Assembly (NCBI GenBank): GCA_951406725.2
Contig: OX597814.1
Coordinates: 165,292,001-165,356,000, forward strand
Reading direction: 5' to 3'
Length of the DNA: 64,000 nucleotides
Source of the DNA: Octopus vulgaris
Lineage: Eukaryota
Below the pieces are notes generated by a model that made no database searches, was not told the origin of the DNA, and saw only the letters and a list, made by a program, of their open reading frames with translations. Below are positions 1 to 14,150 of this stretch, piece by piece. The position numbers were made by a program, and so were the translations under genes. How positions within the stretch are numbered: position 1 is the stretch's first letter; each line of letters begins with the position of its first letter.

Positions 1-109
1 GAACATGGCAGAGGTGATACTACGTCAAGAGTTGTAAATCCCACAGTTTACAAAACTTAATCGTTTTACTATTTATAACCATGAAATCTAGCTATACTTT
101 AGTATCATT

Positions 110-848
110 TGGATTATTATGTTAGGAGCTGATGACTTATTGCCGCTTTTTATTCTATTAAGTCAAGCAGAAACCCTTTTCCATAGTCATGAACACTCGT
201 CCTAAGGATTTTGGTCTCCACGTTAACTCAGACAAAACAGAATACATAAGCTTAAATCAAAATGGAACAATCAAAACAGTATCTGGCACACCTCTCAACT
301 GTGTAGAAGAATTTACTTACGTAGATACTAAAGTGTCTAGTTTCGTAGCAATGTAAACACACGCGTTGGTAAAGCCTGGCGTGCTGTCGGTATATTATCT
401 CTAGTGTGGAAATCTAGACTTCCAGGCAACACGAGAAGGAGCCTCTTTCAAACAATTGTTAGCTCTGTTCTATCTTATCGCTGCTCAGCATGAACCCTTA
501 CCTCAAAATTGGAAAGAAGATTCGATGAAGCCTACACTTGTATGCTAAATGTGGCTTTGAATATCACCTGGAGAGATCATCTGACCGATGAGCGAGTGTA
601 TGGGAACCTTCGTCCAATATCAGACATCATCAAAGAGCGTAGAGTCAGATTTGTAAGGCTTTGCTGGAAAGCTAAAGACGAAATTGTTAGTTAAGTTCTT
701 ATGTGGGAGCCTACATAAGGAAGCTTTATCAGGGGACGAAAAGCTAAGATTAATAGCAAGCAGATTTCTGATGACCTGCCGAATATGATAAACAATGGAA
801 TTGGATGACAACAAAGTCACGAGAGTGCGTGCCAGCAGTGCGACTGAA
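110..848 (+). mobile_element. RTE-clade LINE, degenerate 3' part of RT ORF, ending at (TATG)n
   Basis: Broken frames read FGLHVNSDKTEY, RVGKAWRA, LVWKSRL, LERRFDEAYTCMLNVALNITWRDHLTDERVYG..LRPISDIIKERRVRF, typical RTE C-terminal motifs, with stops and frameshifts. Confidence 0.8.
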
Positions 849-920
849 TGTATGTATGTATGTATGTATGTATGTATGTATGTATGTATGTATGTATGTA
901 TGTATGTATGTATGTATGTA

Positions 921-1030
921 TACTCTGTATTTGATTATTTGAAATAGTTCTCTAAGGAAGGAGCTGGTTTCTAACAAGGATACAAAACCCCATCGTTGGG
1001 AAGTAGATAGAAAAAATATGTATAACTGCA
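921..1030 (-). mobile_element. 3' end of R4/Dong-like (RLE) LINE abutting (CATA)n
   Basis: Reverse complement ccaacgatggggttttgtatccttgttagaaaccagctccttcctt matches the 3' UTR at 14050-14150 that follows an RLE-domain remnant. Confidence 0.6.
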
Positions 1031-2009
1031 TCTATGTACGTACATTTCTCGGCCTCTGTTTTATATTTGTTGATTTTCTTAAAGACGATGAGCACCGTTT
1101 TGTTGTATTCATATTTTTCAGCTTTCTCTAATATTCTTTATTTTCCCTATATATTCTCCACTCCTAAACAATATTTTCTAGTTGCGGAAGACCTATATTT
1201 CACTGTACTCGTAGCACGTATAATCTCTTCGTTGAGCAATGTATTCTAAATGACATTACTCGCGGTTTCCTTCTTGCGATTTATGTAACACCTTCTTTGC
1301 CTATATAATGATTATAACTGATTACTATTAGAGCCACGGCATTCGATACCAATTCCTATTTTATCATGTAGTTCAGCTTTAATTTAAAGTGTCCACGATA
1401 ATGATACGTTGTTGCTCTTTTTTATGTTTAGCCCCAGGTTACTCCTAGTACTACAGGCAAAGGATCAAATGCGTTCGCCTTAAGGCACTGCATTTCGTCT
1501 TTTATTCAAACCATACGAAGTGTAAGGAGTGCCTTTCAATATTGACGTTAGGGGAAATATAAGAGATAAATTTACTTGAAAAGAAGCCTCTAAACAGTTT
1601 AACTACATTTTTTGACTTAATAATACATCTAAAGATAATTAATATTCACATTAGGAAAAACAACTTTTTATAAAGAAACTGCAATAATCAAGAAAGCAGA
1701 TGGCTATCAGGGAAATGGTCAACAAAGCAGAAAAAATAGTGACCCCTGCAGGTTCTACTACACCAACCACTGAAAGTAGTTGATGTAGTATTAATACTAT
1801 TATCTTGTAGCCAGTGCTGTTGCTGTTGTTGTCCTTGTTGTTGAAGATCTTGCACTTGTGGTGGATTAAGTGAAGTGAAATTAAACAGTTTGTAACATTA
1901 TAAGGTCTTTAGTTAATGTTTAATTAAGCAATTATTTGAAGTTACTTAAATTTAGTTTAATAAGTGATGTGAAATAAATATATTTCTCTATTGCGTGGAG
2001 ATATACACA

Positions 2010-2065
<56 letters not shown>

Positions 2066-2327
2066 AAATGTAGTAAGTCAAGTAAAACAAATTCAAAACA
2101 TGTATTGTACATACAGAAGTAATTTAAATGAATTCCCCTCCATTATCCTTACTACCACCAGAACCAGAACCACAACCACAATGAAAACCACCACCACCAC
2201 CATCGTCGGTTCAAACACCAATACTACCACCATAACAAAACATTGACACTTCAAAAATCAAAACATTGACACTTCAACAGTACAGTATAGTAGTAGAATT
2301 AAAACCAACTCTTCACAAGGGTAAATA

Positions 2328-2397
<70 letters not shown>

Positions 2398-2689
2398 CAT
2401 TATTATTATTATACTAAAAACATATAACAAGAAGTTGAAGTACCAAGATTAGAAGTAGTAATACTCAGGAAACATCAAGAATATTGTAGTTACCAACTTC
2501 CATTACTTAAAATAACTTAACCAACACCAACTGCTTGAAAGGGGAGGTAAGTTATTTCTGATGGGTTTTTAATGTAACGCGAAAATGTTTATCTCGCTCT
2601 TCAGCTTCAAGACTGCGCGTTTTAATCACAGACATTAATTTCATTGTGAGACTAAGTATATTTTTTACTAAACCTATTGTGTACGATTG

Positions 2690-3140
2690 CAAATAACAGT
2701 GTGGTTAAGGGTTCAGTCCCACTGCGCAGAACTTTGGAAAAGTGTCTTCTACTATAGCCCCAAGCCGACCAAAGCCTTGTGAGTCGATTTGACATACATA
2801 TATACATACAAACATACATACATACATAATGTATGCATACATACATACATACATACATACATACATACATACATACATACATACATACATACATACATAC
2901 ATACATACATACATACATACATACATACATACATACATACATACATACATACATACATACATACATACATACATACATACATACATAATGCATACATGCA
3001 TACATGCATACATACATACATAGATACATACATACATACATACATGCATGCATACATACATGCATGCATACATACATGCATGCATACATACATACAAAGA
3101 TGCATACATACATACTTACATATATATACATATATATATG

Positions 3141-3194
<54 letters not shown>

Positions 3195-3213
3195 TAGATA
3201 GATAGATAGATAT

Positions 3214-3264
<51 letters not shown>
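2690..3264. repeat. Partial SINE-A head (-) followed by compound microsatellite (CATA)n/(TA)n/(TAGA)n
   Basis: gggttcagtcccactgcg...aagtgtcttctactatagcc matches SINE-A; simple repeats directly visible (this head reads in the + orientation of the SINE-A consensus). Confidence 0.8.
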
Positions 3265-3265
<1 letters not shown>

Positions 3266-3450
3266 TCGCCATGATAGATCGTTAACCACTACACACATTT
3301 TTTTCTCTTCTTGTTTTTTCTGTGTCCCTTTTGGTAGAAGAGCGTAGGCTCGAAACGTAAAAGACTTTTTCTATTCCTGAGCGTTATACTAATACATCTG
3401 TTTGTTTTGTACACCACCTATCTTCATCTTTTGTTTTTTTCGTAAACTCT

Positions 3451-3455
<5 letters not shown>
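3265..3455 (+). mobile_element. Solo PLE terminal repeat (pLTR-like) with degenerate hammerhead
   Basis: Homologous to 10300-10500, the 3' end of a GIY-YIG-coding fragment; contains cttt-tggtaga-a-gagc-gtag-gctc-gaaac-gta-aaag at 3328-3363. Confidence 0.7.
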
Positions 3456-3502
<47 letters not shown>

Positions 3503-3782
3503 TTATTGATAGGGAAGACAGTGTACTGTAAGCTTTGTTTGACACGACAACCGTTTCGGCCTACAGTACACGCTGTCTTCCCTGTCAATCATTTAAAACA
3601 TACTAAATGTGCACCGAGGAATTCCTACGTAGATCTTCCGACGAAAGTACGGTACTGCGGATGACGCCTGGTAGCCGTATGTGGTGAACATGGTCTCAAA
3701 GCACACTACTAGCAACATACCTAAAATAAGGTATTGATACTACATTTTAATGTCTCATATCTAAACTTCAATTTAAGCATAA

Positions 3783-3836
<54 letters not shown>

Positions 3837-3837
3837 G

Positions 3838-3914
<77 letters not shown>

Positions 3915-3949
3915 GATGATGATGATGATGATGATGACGATAACAATAC

Positions 3950-4031
<82 letters not shown>

Positions 4032-4377
4032 AGTAATCATCCTAACGCTCAAACTAAATATAGAAGTAATAACAAAGATAATAATAAACAATATATGGAA
4101 ATGAATAAAGATAATTATAATATACTCATAAATAAAAATAATAAGAAAAATGATCATAGTAAGGATAATACCAAAAATAATTCGAATGGAAATAAGCAGA
4201 ATTATTATATACCCACCAGGGTAAGGGGAGTCAACACTGAAATTTTTAATTTCTTAGAAGTAAATGAAAAAAACTAAATGATGGAACCTGTAACTGGGGT
4301 AAATCTTTACCAAGTTCGGCGACAACTCTGGATATGTTTTGGTATTCTTAAACCTTTTCAATGAAGCATAGTCTTAC

Positions 4378-4604
4378 TTATTTCTTTACTGCCCACAAGG
4401 GGCTACACATAGAGGGGACAAAATAAAGACAGACAAACGGCTTAAGTCGATTATATCGACCCTAGTGCGTAACTGGTACTTAATTTATCGACCCCGAAAG
4501 GATGAAAGGCAAAGTCGACCTCGGCGGAATTTGAAATCAGAACGTAACGGCAGACGAAACACCGCAAAGCATTTCGCCCGGCGTGCTAACGTTTCTGCCA
4601 GCTC
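4378..4604 (-). mobile_element. SINE family B (tRNA-like head; core gcctttcatcctttcggggtcgataaa resembles the Nin/Deu-domain SINEs), with TSD
   Basis: 12-bp TSD gcatagtcttac at 4366-4377 and 4605-4616; near-identical copies at 19361-19740, 36968-37345, 51690-51910 and 57578-57800. Confidence 0.85.
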
Positions 4605-5639
4605 GCATAGTCTTACCAGTATTCACCAGACCCTGGAGAATTGGAAAATATATGAATTTTATGAAATTCACTCTCTCCTAATATCCCATTTAATTCATTT
4701 TAATAAACTTGAATTTCAAGATTGTCTCCTTTGCTGTTCATGAGCAAAATTAATCATTAAGCTGAAGTTGTTTTCTTCCTCACTCCGGGTTTAATTAAAA
4801 TTAATTAACATTTTAAGACTCATTGTATTATGTATAACACTACACACTGAGCTGTTTTCTTTTCATACAGATGGCGTCTCTGTGCAATGTTCATCTTACC
4901 CGGTCCTTTTTATATAGATGAAGATTACGGCAAATAAATAAAATTTAGAAATAAATATAATAAAATAGAAAATCAATAACCAATTTGAGATAACCTCCAA
5001 TTAAATTAGTTTCATTTTTTTTAATATATCTCCACACGAGATAGCTGACACATTTCATTAGCAATCTTACTTTCCTGGCTGATAAAATATAAACTGTGAA
5101 TATCCTGTTGATTCTGGATAGGAATTATTAACAGATATTATTTGCCAAAAATCTGACAAACATCTAAACCTTAATTCTTCGGTGAGATGACAGTACTATC
5201 TAATTATAAAAGCAACGGGAACAACAACAACAACAACAATAGAATCAACAATAGCAGCATCGGTAATAGTAAACTTACAAGGAAGCTATATGCGTGCTCT
5301 CGAATTGATATAAATTTTGGCATAAAGTCAGTATTTTAGGGGGATAGGTGGGTGTAAGTCTATTTCATCGATCCCAGTGCTCAGTTGGTATTTATTTTAT
5401 TGGCCCAGAAAGGTTAAAAGGCAAAATCCACCTCGCCAGAATTTGAACCCAGAATGTACAGACGGACGAAATGCCACTAAGCATTTTGCACGGCGTGCTA
5501 ACGCTCCTTCCAGCTTGCCGCCTTAGATTTGCTCTAGATATTAGTAACTGGATCTCTTCATAAGCACACTCTGCCGGCTTAAAAGAAAGAAAGACATACG
5601 TATTTTAGTCATTACGCTAGAGACCAGTCAGATCATACT

Positions 5640-6990
5640 GACTGGTCGACAGATGACAAAAATATTACCAGAATACATTTGTGATTCTGGAGGATGAACA
5701 TTGCAATTGTCCAATAAAAGAATAGCCTTGTTATCCTAAAGTAGATATTTTTTTTCAAAAATTGCCTTTTACGTTTTGAAAAAAATGATTTTTTGAAAAA
5801 AACTTGCCTTAAACAAACTTCCCGACATCCATGCATTGCTATAGACATCATAAACCACTAGCAAAAACAGCGTTTCCTTAAATGTCCAATGTCCCACATT
5901 TTCCAGTAACAAAGTTTCAGCCCTCGTCCACCCGTATTATCTATCTACAAAAGAGTTAAATTACGTTTTTAATCTAATCCTCAAATATGAAATTGTATTT
6001 TTCAATGGCCTCAATACCTCTGAAATCAAAGACGGTCCCTTCTCTCAAGGGGAAGAAGGTACCCAACCTCCAGTAATCGTTGACTCTCCAGAAAGCTCAA
6101 GAGAGGTCCATAATGGACAATGCTGCTGTTGCTACTGCATACCCAGACATTCTCGACCGCATCCAAAAAAGAACTACATGACTGACTGATATGAAGCCAC
6201 TGACAGACACGCTCCAGCCTTTGGCCCACATGCACGTTTTCTCATCGTTTCTGCGGATATGGGATAACCGCTACAATAATGGCTTCTACTCCTTAGAGCT
6301 AGATGAGCCATTCAGATATTCGTAACGTACTCAACTCTCCTTCTCTCATCAACCTTGTTGGGCTTAATCCCACTGAGCCTGCACTAATCAGTCCTTCCTT
6401 CTCAGAACGTTACCCCTCTGGGATTCCCTTTCCTGCAGTTGTTGACTTACAATGGATCAAGAGGAATATTAATGGCACCAATCTTGCCATTATAAGAGGG
6501 CTAGAAAACACCATGGACACTGCTTCTTCTTCCAGACTCAGTAAGTAAATAAAACTTACTGATTTCTTTTCTTTTTACAAATTAAGTTCAAGAATGCTAC
6601 GTCAACTTTTTAAGTTTTCTAAATCACCCACTAAAAACACGCAAGTCTCCGCAATATCTTTCTCTTCGTGATACTGCTTAACCTTTTCAATGATAATTTG
6701 GTCTGAAATTGATATACTTTCGGTTACTTTTCCCTAATCCACTTAAATAATATTAAATCTAATGTTGAAAAGTTTGCTTTTAATGTTTGCCGTATATCAG
6801 TACATTTATTGGTCTCTGAATCAGCCATAGACTGCATTAATTTTTTCATGGTTAAAATTGTTAAAGGACTTATGATATATTCACACTTGAAAGTGTTCCA
6901 ATTTTCAACGTATCCAAATTCAGTATTCAATATTGTTGTGCAATATAAAAGTTACATTTTTTTTCTTTTCACACATTTCCCAGCTTGGTG
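5640..6990 (-). mobile_element. pogo/Tigger-like transposase fossil (CENP-B-type HTH plus DDE), split by an insertion at about 5960-6550
   Basis: Minus strand reads RQTLKANFSTLDLILFKWIREK, ISISDQIIIEKVKQYHEE, then [18 protein letters not shown]; many stops. Confidence 0.75.
5990..6548 (+). mobile_element. Probable Tx1/L1-type ORF1 remnant nested in the Tigger fossil
   Basis: FCGYGITATIMASTP*S*MSHSDI aligns by eye with FLGRGLEVIVHATPEDLNNIADTI of the ORF1 at 17127-17600. Confidence 0.35.
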
Positions 6991-6992
6991 AG

Positions 6993-7413
6993 TTTTACTC
7001 TTTACTCTTTTACTCTTTTACTTGTTTCAGTCATTTGACTGCGGCCATGCTGGAGCACCGCCTTTAATCGAGCAACTCCACCCCGGGACTTATTCTTTGT
7101 AAGCCCAGTACTTATTCTATCGGTCTCTTTTGCCGAACCGCTAAGTGACGGGAACATATACACACCAGCATCGGTTGTCAAGCAATGCTAGGGGGACAAA
7201 TACAGACACACAAACACACACGCACACACATATATATATATACATATATACAACGGGCTTCTTTCAGTTTCCGTCTACCAAATCCACTCACAAGGCTTTG
7301 GTCGGCCCGAGGCTATAGTAGAAGACACTTGCCCAAGGTGCCATGCAGTGGGACTGAACCCGGAACCATGTGGTTGGTAAACAAGCTACTTACCACACAG
7401 CCACTCCTGCGCC
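6993..7413 (-). mobile_element. SINE family A, full length (tRNA-like head, ccttgggcaagt CORE-like motif, internal (TA/TG)n, (AAAGAGTA)n tail)
   Basis: Near-identical copies at 31195-31613, 33880-34340, 38190-38500 and 49277-49710; diverged copies at 19740-20100, 25560-25750, 26310-26755, 50400-50600 and 56960-57160. Confidence 0.9.
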
Positions 7414-7827
7414 TAATGTTTTGTTAACATTATAAAACATTTTACCCTATAAGTAGAGAAAGTCAAATACATAACACTTTGGTGAAAGACACAAACTTTT
7501 TCTTTTTTAATTTCAATTTAAACAATGGCATTGTAGCGTTAGCAACCAGCACTTAAAACAAAATTAGTGAAGCGCAACAAATAGCACCAAACAATAGTGC
7601 AATACATACTATTAGATACTGAGTTAATAAAATGTTTTACATCACATTTAGATAGATAGATAATAGATACATACATACATACATACATACATACATACAT
7701 ACATACATACATACATACATACATACAGTACTCATCGGGTATCTTTAACTCGTACACAACCCTCTTTGAATATATATGTCTGTATGTGTATTCATATTGT
7801 GCGTGTGTGTACACATAAAAATATATA

Positions 7828-8332
7828 TAAACATTACGTTATATAATTAGGGTTCAGTAAAAAAATTTACTTTACCACACACCGAACTTTTAGAAATAGC
7901 AGCCAAAAAATTTTAGCTATTTCTTCTACTATAAGAAAAGTCTCCCAGACAATGTATACTAAAAAATAATTCACGTAGGTATAGAGGGAAAAATAACGAA
8001 AGATCACACGTACATCGATTACTTGAGAACGCCGTTTCTGGATTAGTTGGATAAGGAGATGCTAGAAATACATACTCCTATCAACATTTCTTTCGTCAGC
8101 CCAATATATCGTTTGATTTAAATTTGAGAGCACTTCTTATAGTAGAAGAAATAGCTAAAATTTTTGGGCTGCTATTTCTAAAAGTTCGGTGTGTGTGGTA
8201 AAGTAAATTTTTTTACTGAACCCTAATTATATAACGTAATGTTTTAAATATACCGTAAATAGTCTTTTTACATACTGAACACTACTTGGTAAAATTAATT
8301 AATAATTAATTAATTTTACCCTTTTATTATTG
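7828..8332. mobile_element. Fold-back PLE-type insertion with ~117-bp inverted arms and a hammerhead-like motif in the spacer
   Basis: Arms 7828-7944 and 8126-8244; the right arm extends to about 8332 and includes the hairpin ggtaaaattaatta/taattaattttacc. Confidence 0.7.
8023..8104 (-). ncRNA. Type-I hammerhead-like ribozyme motif with long stem II
   Basis: TTGGG-CTGACGA-[long imperfect stem, ttgataggag/ctccttatccaa]-GAAAC-GGC-GTT-CTCAA; stem I TTGGG/CTCAA. Confidence 0.55.
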
Positions 8333-8416
8333 TGTATATATATATATATATATATATTGATTGATTGATTGATTCTAGTTTCAGCTCATGAGCTGTGGCC
8401 ATGCTGGGGCACCGCC

Positions 8417-8448
<32 letters not shown>

Positions 8449-9599
8449 GCCTTTGTATATTTACTTACATATAAATATATATACATATATATATATGCAT
8501 ATACATATATACATACAGACTCACTGAGTCAATCCGGCCAACAACATCAGGCTCTGGTCACCTTAATATACTCCACTTCTACGAACCAACATGGGACCTT
8601 TTACCTTCTTACAAGACCTCTTAGAAATAGCAGGCCAAATTTCCTTCATATAGATGTCTGTCGTTTTTCTTTTTTTTTTTTTTTCAATGCAGTATGGTCG
8701 TGGTTGGAATATCATTGATGATATGTCCTTTCAGTTAATGTGACCTGTGGCCAAGCAGCATAAACATCAACTGTTACACTTGTACGTTACACTACAACTC
8801 ACTTCACTAAATTACACTATGCTGCTTCGCTGAAATTTCTCAAGACCTCTGACATGGGCATTATTTAAGCCACTATACATCATTAGAAATGTTAATTAAC
8901 ACTTCTCTCATTTTTTCTCAACGTCTCTCTTCTACTTTTCGCTTGCTCTTTTTCTCTTTATATATGTATTTATATATCCAAAGATGTATGTGTATGCGTT
9001 TGTGTGTATCTGTGTCTACACGTGCAACATTTTTTGACATAAGGGAAAGATAGAGACTACTCAATACTTATAACAGACTTCATATAAGCAATAAAAATAC
9101 TTAAAACAAGATATTTATTAAAGGTCGTTACAAAAATTCTGTCGAAAATAAAAAGCGATGCAAAACTCGGATTAACGACAGTAAGAAATATCTGTTTTAA
9201 TATATATATATTTACACACACATATTAAATTACTTCCTGATATATTAATAGCGGTTCGTTTCGTTACTACATTGCATTCTAGGCCAAATCTATAGAGTTC
9301 TTAACCAAAATCGTACGATGTTGGTCTAAAACCCTACGCCTAGATATACAATCTGTTCGCAGATAGAAAAAGTAAGAATAATCGTATATGCATAATACAA
9401 TTCTTCTTGGAATTTCGTCTGTGTCAACACCTTCCATAGCTATCCATGAAATCATTGCATATGAACCCATTTATATTAGTGACTAAAGTAAATTGGATAC
9501 ACCGATTTGCATAATTAACACTTTCTTAGCAGCTAATTGGAATATTGAATTACTGGATGTTGACAGTGCGTGTGTGTATGTGTACATATATATGTCATT

Positions 9600-10496
9600 T
9601 ACTTCAACTCCTGCTCTTTCTGTCCTTCTCTGTAAATCGGTCAGACGGGACGCCGCTTCGCTGATCGATTCGCGGAACACCACCGAGACATTAACTCGGC
9701 AATGACATCCCGGTCTCGTGCCATTTCCACTCTACCGGTCACTCTTTACAACACCTGCCAGTGTTCGGATTGTCTTTGCACAAGGAATATCTGGACTCCC
9801 ACTTTCGCCGTGAACAGGAATTAATCTTCTCCCTTTGTTCCTTTGCGCCATATGGGCTCGACTCCCCTCTTCATCTCTTCACTCCATCCTACCTCTCCTC
9901 TCTTGCCTTGACACCTACTTTCTCTCTTCACTCCTATCCACCTTCTCCCTTCATTGATACCCCTCCATCCACACACACCCTCCACACAGCCCACTCCAAC
10001 ACGCTCCACTCACCCCCACATTCTCACACCACCCACACATCCTCACCCCACCCCCACATCTCCACCCTCACTTCCCCACACCCCACCCCACCAATCCACA
10101 CCACACACCACCACATCACCACTCCACCCCACACTACTCAGTACACACTAGCACTGACCACTTCCCAGCATCCACACAGATTACAGACGCACACACACAC
10201 GCACACACTTACTCACATACACGCACGCGCACCTTCGTTTTGGGATCACCAGTACTTTATTATCTATCCTTCTTCCTAGCTCTACTGTCTAACCACCTTT
10301 GTCAGTTAGCATGACTGACCGCTAACTACACAAGTTTTTTTAATTTTCTCTCTGTTTATTTCATCGTGTTCCTTTCTGTTGAAGAGCGTAGGCTTGAAAC
10401 GTAAAATACTTTCTCACCTTCCCGAACGTCAAACTAATACACCTGCTTGTTGTTTATACACCTGTCTTCGTCTTTCGTTTTTCTGTAAATTTCAAG

Positions 10497-10500
<4 letters not shown>
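9600..10500 (+). mobile_element. Penelope-like element 3' fragment: GIY-YIG endonuclease C-terminus, C-rich UTR and pLTR
   Basis: CSFCPSL*IGQTGRRFADRFAEHHRDI...PVSCHFHSTGHSLQHL..FRREQELIFSLCSFAPYGLD (Neptune-like EN); hammerhead-like cttt-ctgttga-a-gagc-gtag-gctt-gaaac-gta at 10372-10407. Confidence 0.85.
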
Positions 10501-10857
<357 letters not shown>

Positions 10858-11789
10858 GCAAGTATATGATGTATTATATTGTGTAATATGAAAAAACATA
10901 AATTATAATTTCGTCTGCTCGTCATGAATTATAACCATCCCACTACAGTTGTCATATGATACAGCGTGTCGATCAATCAGACACTCCTCAAGGTAAGATT
11001 GATAGCAAGGGTCAGAAATCTGTGATGTAATGTTGTAATATTTTCTGTGCATCGTCACGGCCAATTATCAAATTACGGAAGATTGATATATTGAAAGAAA
11101 GGGTCAGAGAGAGACATTTATAAATAGTATAGAGTGACTTGAGATATGTAGCCATGACATACTAATTAGGGTGTGTATAAATAGATTATTGCTGGTTACA
11201 AGCGTTCAAGATGGATATTCTAATATATAATTAATATATATTTATACACAGCTCTGCGTGTAATAGAAAGCATAAAGTAGGTTTAATGCAGTAAATCTTT
11301 AACTGAGGAAATGTAAACAGATACGAATACATCTTATTAATTTTTTTTTTTTTTGTGACAAAGAGAATTTCAAGGCATTTTTACGTATGCTTACAGTTCA
11401 GCTTAAAATCGTAATAATAGTAGTTTAACAAATTTACTTTTATCTTAGACATTTTAATACACGCCGCGTCAGCAGAAGTATTTATTAGTTGTTTAATCTT
11501 GTTACCAGTAAACGCAAGACATGTAAATTATTTTAGCCATTACAGCTAAATTTTAGCGTTTTATATAAATGACGATTTCTTTACAGCTCTCTTTTCGAGC
11601 ACGAGAACAGATTAGCAATTTTCCTTCGAACAATGAAACATATCAGGATAATCTTCATTTTTCTTTATACGAAAGGAATAACAAGCTATAATTGACAAAA
11701 ATATTTCATTTATAATATTCCTCAGAAAGGCGTGAATCCAAAATCTCGCTCAAAAATTTGGTGACGTAGGAATATGACTCTTCTGCAGT

Positions 11790-12275
11790 AAAAATCTGTT
11801 CATATCTCGAAAGAGTCAAGAAGCTGGCTACCCGCATGGTTCTTGGTCTCAAGCATTTGTCTTATGAAGAAAGGCTGAAGACGCTCGACCTTTATTCTCT
11901 AGAAAAACGACGACGCCGTGGTGATCTCATTCTCGCTCACAACATCATAAGCGGAAAGTGTAACCTCTCGAAAGAGCTGTTCTTCACTCCTGCTCCAGAG
12001 CGTCGGCTGCGGGGTCACTCCGAAGAGCTCTATCTGCGACGATTTCATCTCAATCGAAGGAGAGGGGCTCTCTTCGTCCGGGTTGCGGATCCGTGGAATA
12101 AGCTGCCGGACGGGATAGTGAAGATACCGACGATCGCTCGGTTCAAAGTCTCTCTTGACCAGAAATGGCCTGAACTCTTTGCATGAACACCCTCCCTGTA
12201 CATAACTCCATGTCCCCCTACATGGCCTTGCTTTTTGCTTTTTGAGCCAAAAAATTAACTAACTAACTAACTAAC
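11790..12275 (+). mobile_element. CR1-clade LINE 3' end with (CTAA)n tail
   Basis: ORF 11836-12186: GLKHLSYEERLKTLDLYSLEKRRRRGDLI...LRGHS..RVADPWNKLP, a canonical CR1 C-terminus. Confidence 0.9.
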
Positions 12276-13719
12276 ATATATCTGCTGCTTTGATTAATTT
12301 GTCCTATTCGCATAAGGTCTAATAAACCGAAATATGTGTCCATGATAATCACTTGCCAGACAGCCTTTTCCTAAGCACACAAATTAACTTTAAGAAATCA
12401 ATTCTTAATTTTTGAAATCATCTCCACTTTTCTTTGAGAGTCGCGAAATTTGTTGCTGCTTTTGTTTTCGTCCTCCAAATCTGTAGAAATTTTTAATTAA
12501 TTATAAATTATGTAAGTAAGACATTCACAGTCCTAAAAAGAAAACGGTCATGGCTGGAGTGCACTAGATAATGGTTCTACTCGGTTAGAGTTAACATAGT
12601 GCTGAAAACACCACAGCTATAGCAACAACATATCAATTTCATTCAGTGTGCCCCACAATCAACAGGTTCTACATAGTTTTCGATCTGCAGGGAAAAGCAG
12701 CCAAATCACTCTTATATAACAGATTTCCATATTTAAAAAAGAGCACATTATTTAACATAGTCCTTGATACGCCCAAAATTTTTGAATGACAACAGTTGAA
12801 AGAACTTTGATCATAAGTATGTTCAAAGTTGGCCTGGGGCTAAACAACAATAGCAATTTCATTGATAACTATGAAAACTTCTGACGCCCTTTTAACCTTC
12901 ACTTTCACCACTTCTGTCTAGTCTACCACTTCGTTGCTCACTTCTGTCTAGTCTACCACTTCGTTGCTCACTTCCTTCCTTTATTTACACCATCACCGTC
13001 CTATCACCATTACAACTATCACCACAAACACCACCTCCTCAATTTCCAGAATCACTTATTATCCTTCCGCAACCTCTACTATCATCATCATCCTCTTATC
13101 TTCGTCATTATTTTCTTGTTTCCCATTCACCAACTTGTTATCTGTCCGATGCCCGATTAACAAAACAAACATTGTATCAGCTACCACCTCATCACTTCTA
13201 ATTAAGGTTTTGTTTTTGTCCTTTTATTAATTCCTTAATTTATTTCATAATGAGATATCAAAGTTGTTTCTTTATTATTGCTATTCCATCAACATTGTTC
13301 TTAGTATTCACGTCTAAGGTACTTTATTATTAAATCGAGAATTGTACTTTATTCTAATCTGTCGTGGAAGGACATAAGGCAAAGTTACTGCGGTATGATT
13401 TGAACTTGGCACATAACTAAAACACTTCAGGCATTTTACCCGACGCTCTAACTATTCTGACTTTTCTAACTATTCTACTATCTTCACTAAAACAAGATAC
13501 AACTATAGAATCATTTTTCTATCTATCTGATTTCCATCATTGTTATTGGTATAAAATGTGAATTTCTAATCTCGTTTTAGAAGCTGAGGATTTCGAAGTA
13601 AACATCCCATTATCATCTTTCTCCGAGGATAAATATAGAGAATTTCTGTTATTGAATACATACATAAACATCAACACAGGTAATATTGGTGGAACATTTC
13701 CCTCAAAATTTCTACCAAG

Positions 13720-14150
13720 AGCAAACTTAAAAGGTCGGATATTTATCGTTTTGCGGGACAAACAAAAGTACGCACCGTCATAGAGGTCGGCTGCTCCACT
13801 GATGTGAATATCTGTTAAAGAAATCAAACGGAAAGAGGATATCTAAGGATAACTGCTTCAATACTAGGTTATAAATTATAAATTCACATTGATACCAATA
13901 ATGATTAGGGCATTTGATTTTGTTGGAAAATGCTTTAGTGAGTGTGGAAAGGCTAGGGTTTTCAGAGAAAGAGATCAATCTGCTAATTAGCACATTAAAA
14001 GTACAATCTGTAAGCATTTCTCACGCTCAAAATGTGACATTGGTTTCCTTATCTACATTCCAACGATGTAGTTTTGTATCTTTGTTAGAAACTAGCTCCT
14101 TCCTTGCCGGAAGACTTCAAATAATGAAGAAAAAAAAACAGAGGAGAACA
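13720..14150 (+). mobile_element. R4/Dong-like LINE: RLE domain remnant plus 3' UTR, abutting (CATA)n
   Basis: TVIEVGCSTDVNI, YKFTLIPIMIRAF and VERLGFSEKEINLLISTLKVQSV match restriction-like endonuclease C-termini. Confidence 0.65.

Noticed and set aside
2652-3298. Long ORFs made of YVCM/HTYI/IYLS/YI repeats (also at 10.4-10.9, 14.1-15.0, 21, 30.3, 32, 46 and 49.6-51.3 kb)
   Set aside because: Translations of stop-free microsatellites, not genes
12907-12976. 30-bp tandem duplication
   Set aside because: Simple two-copy slippage duplication with no further structure
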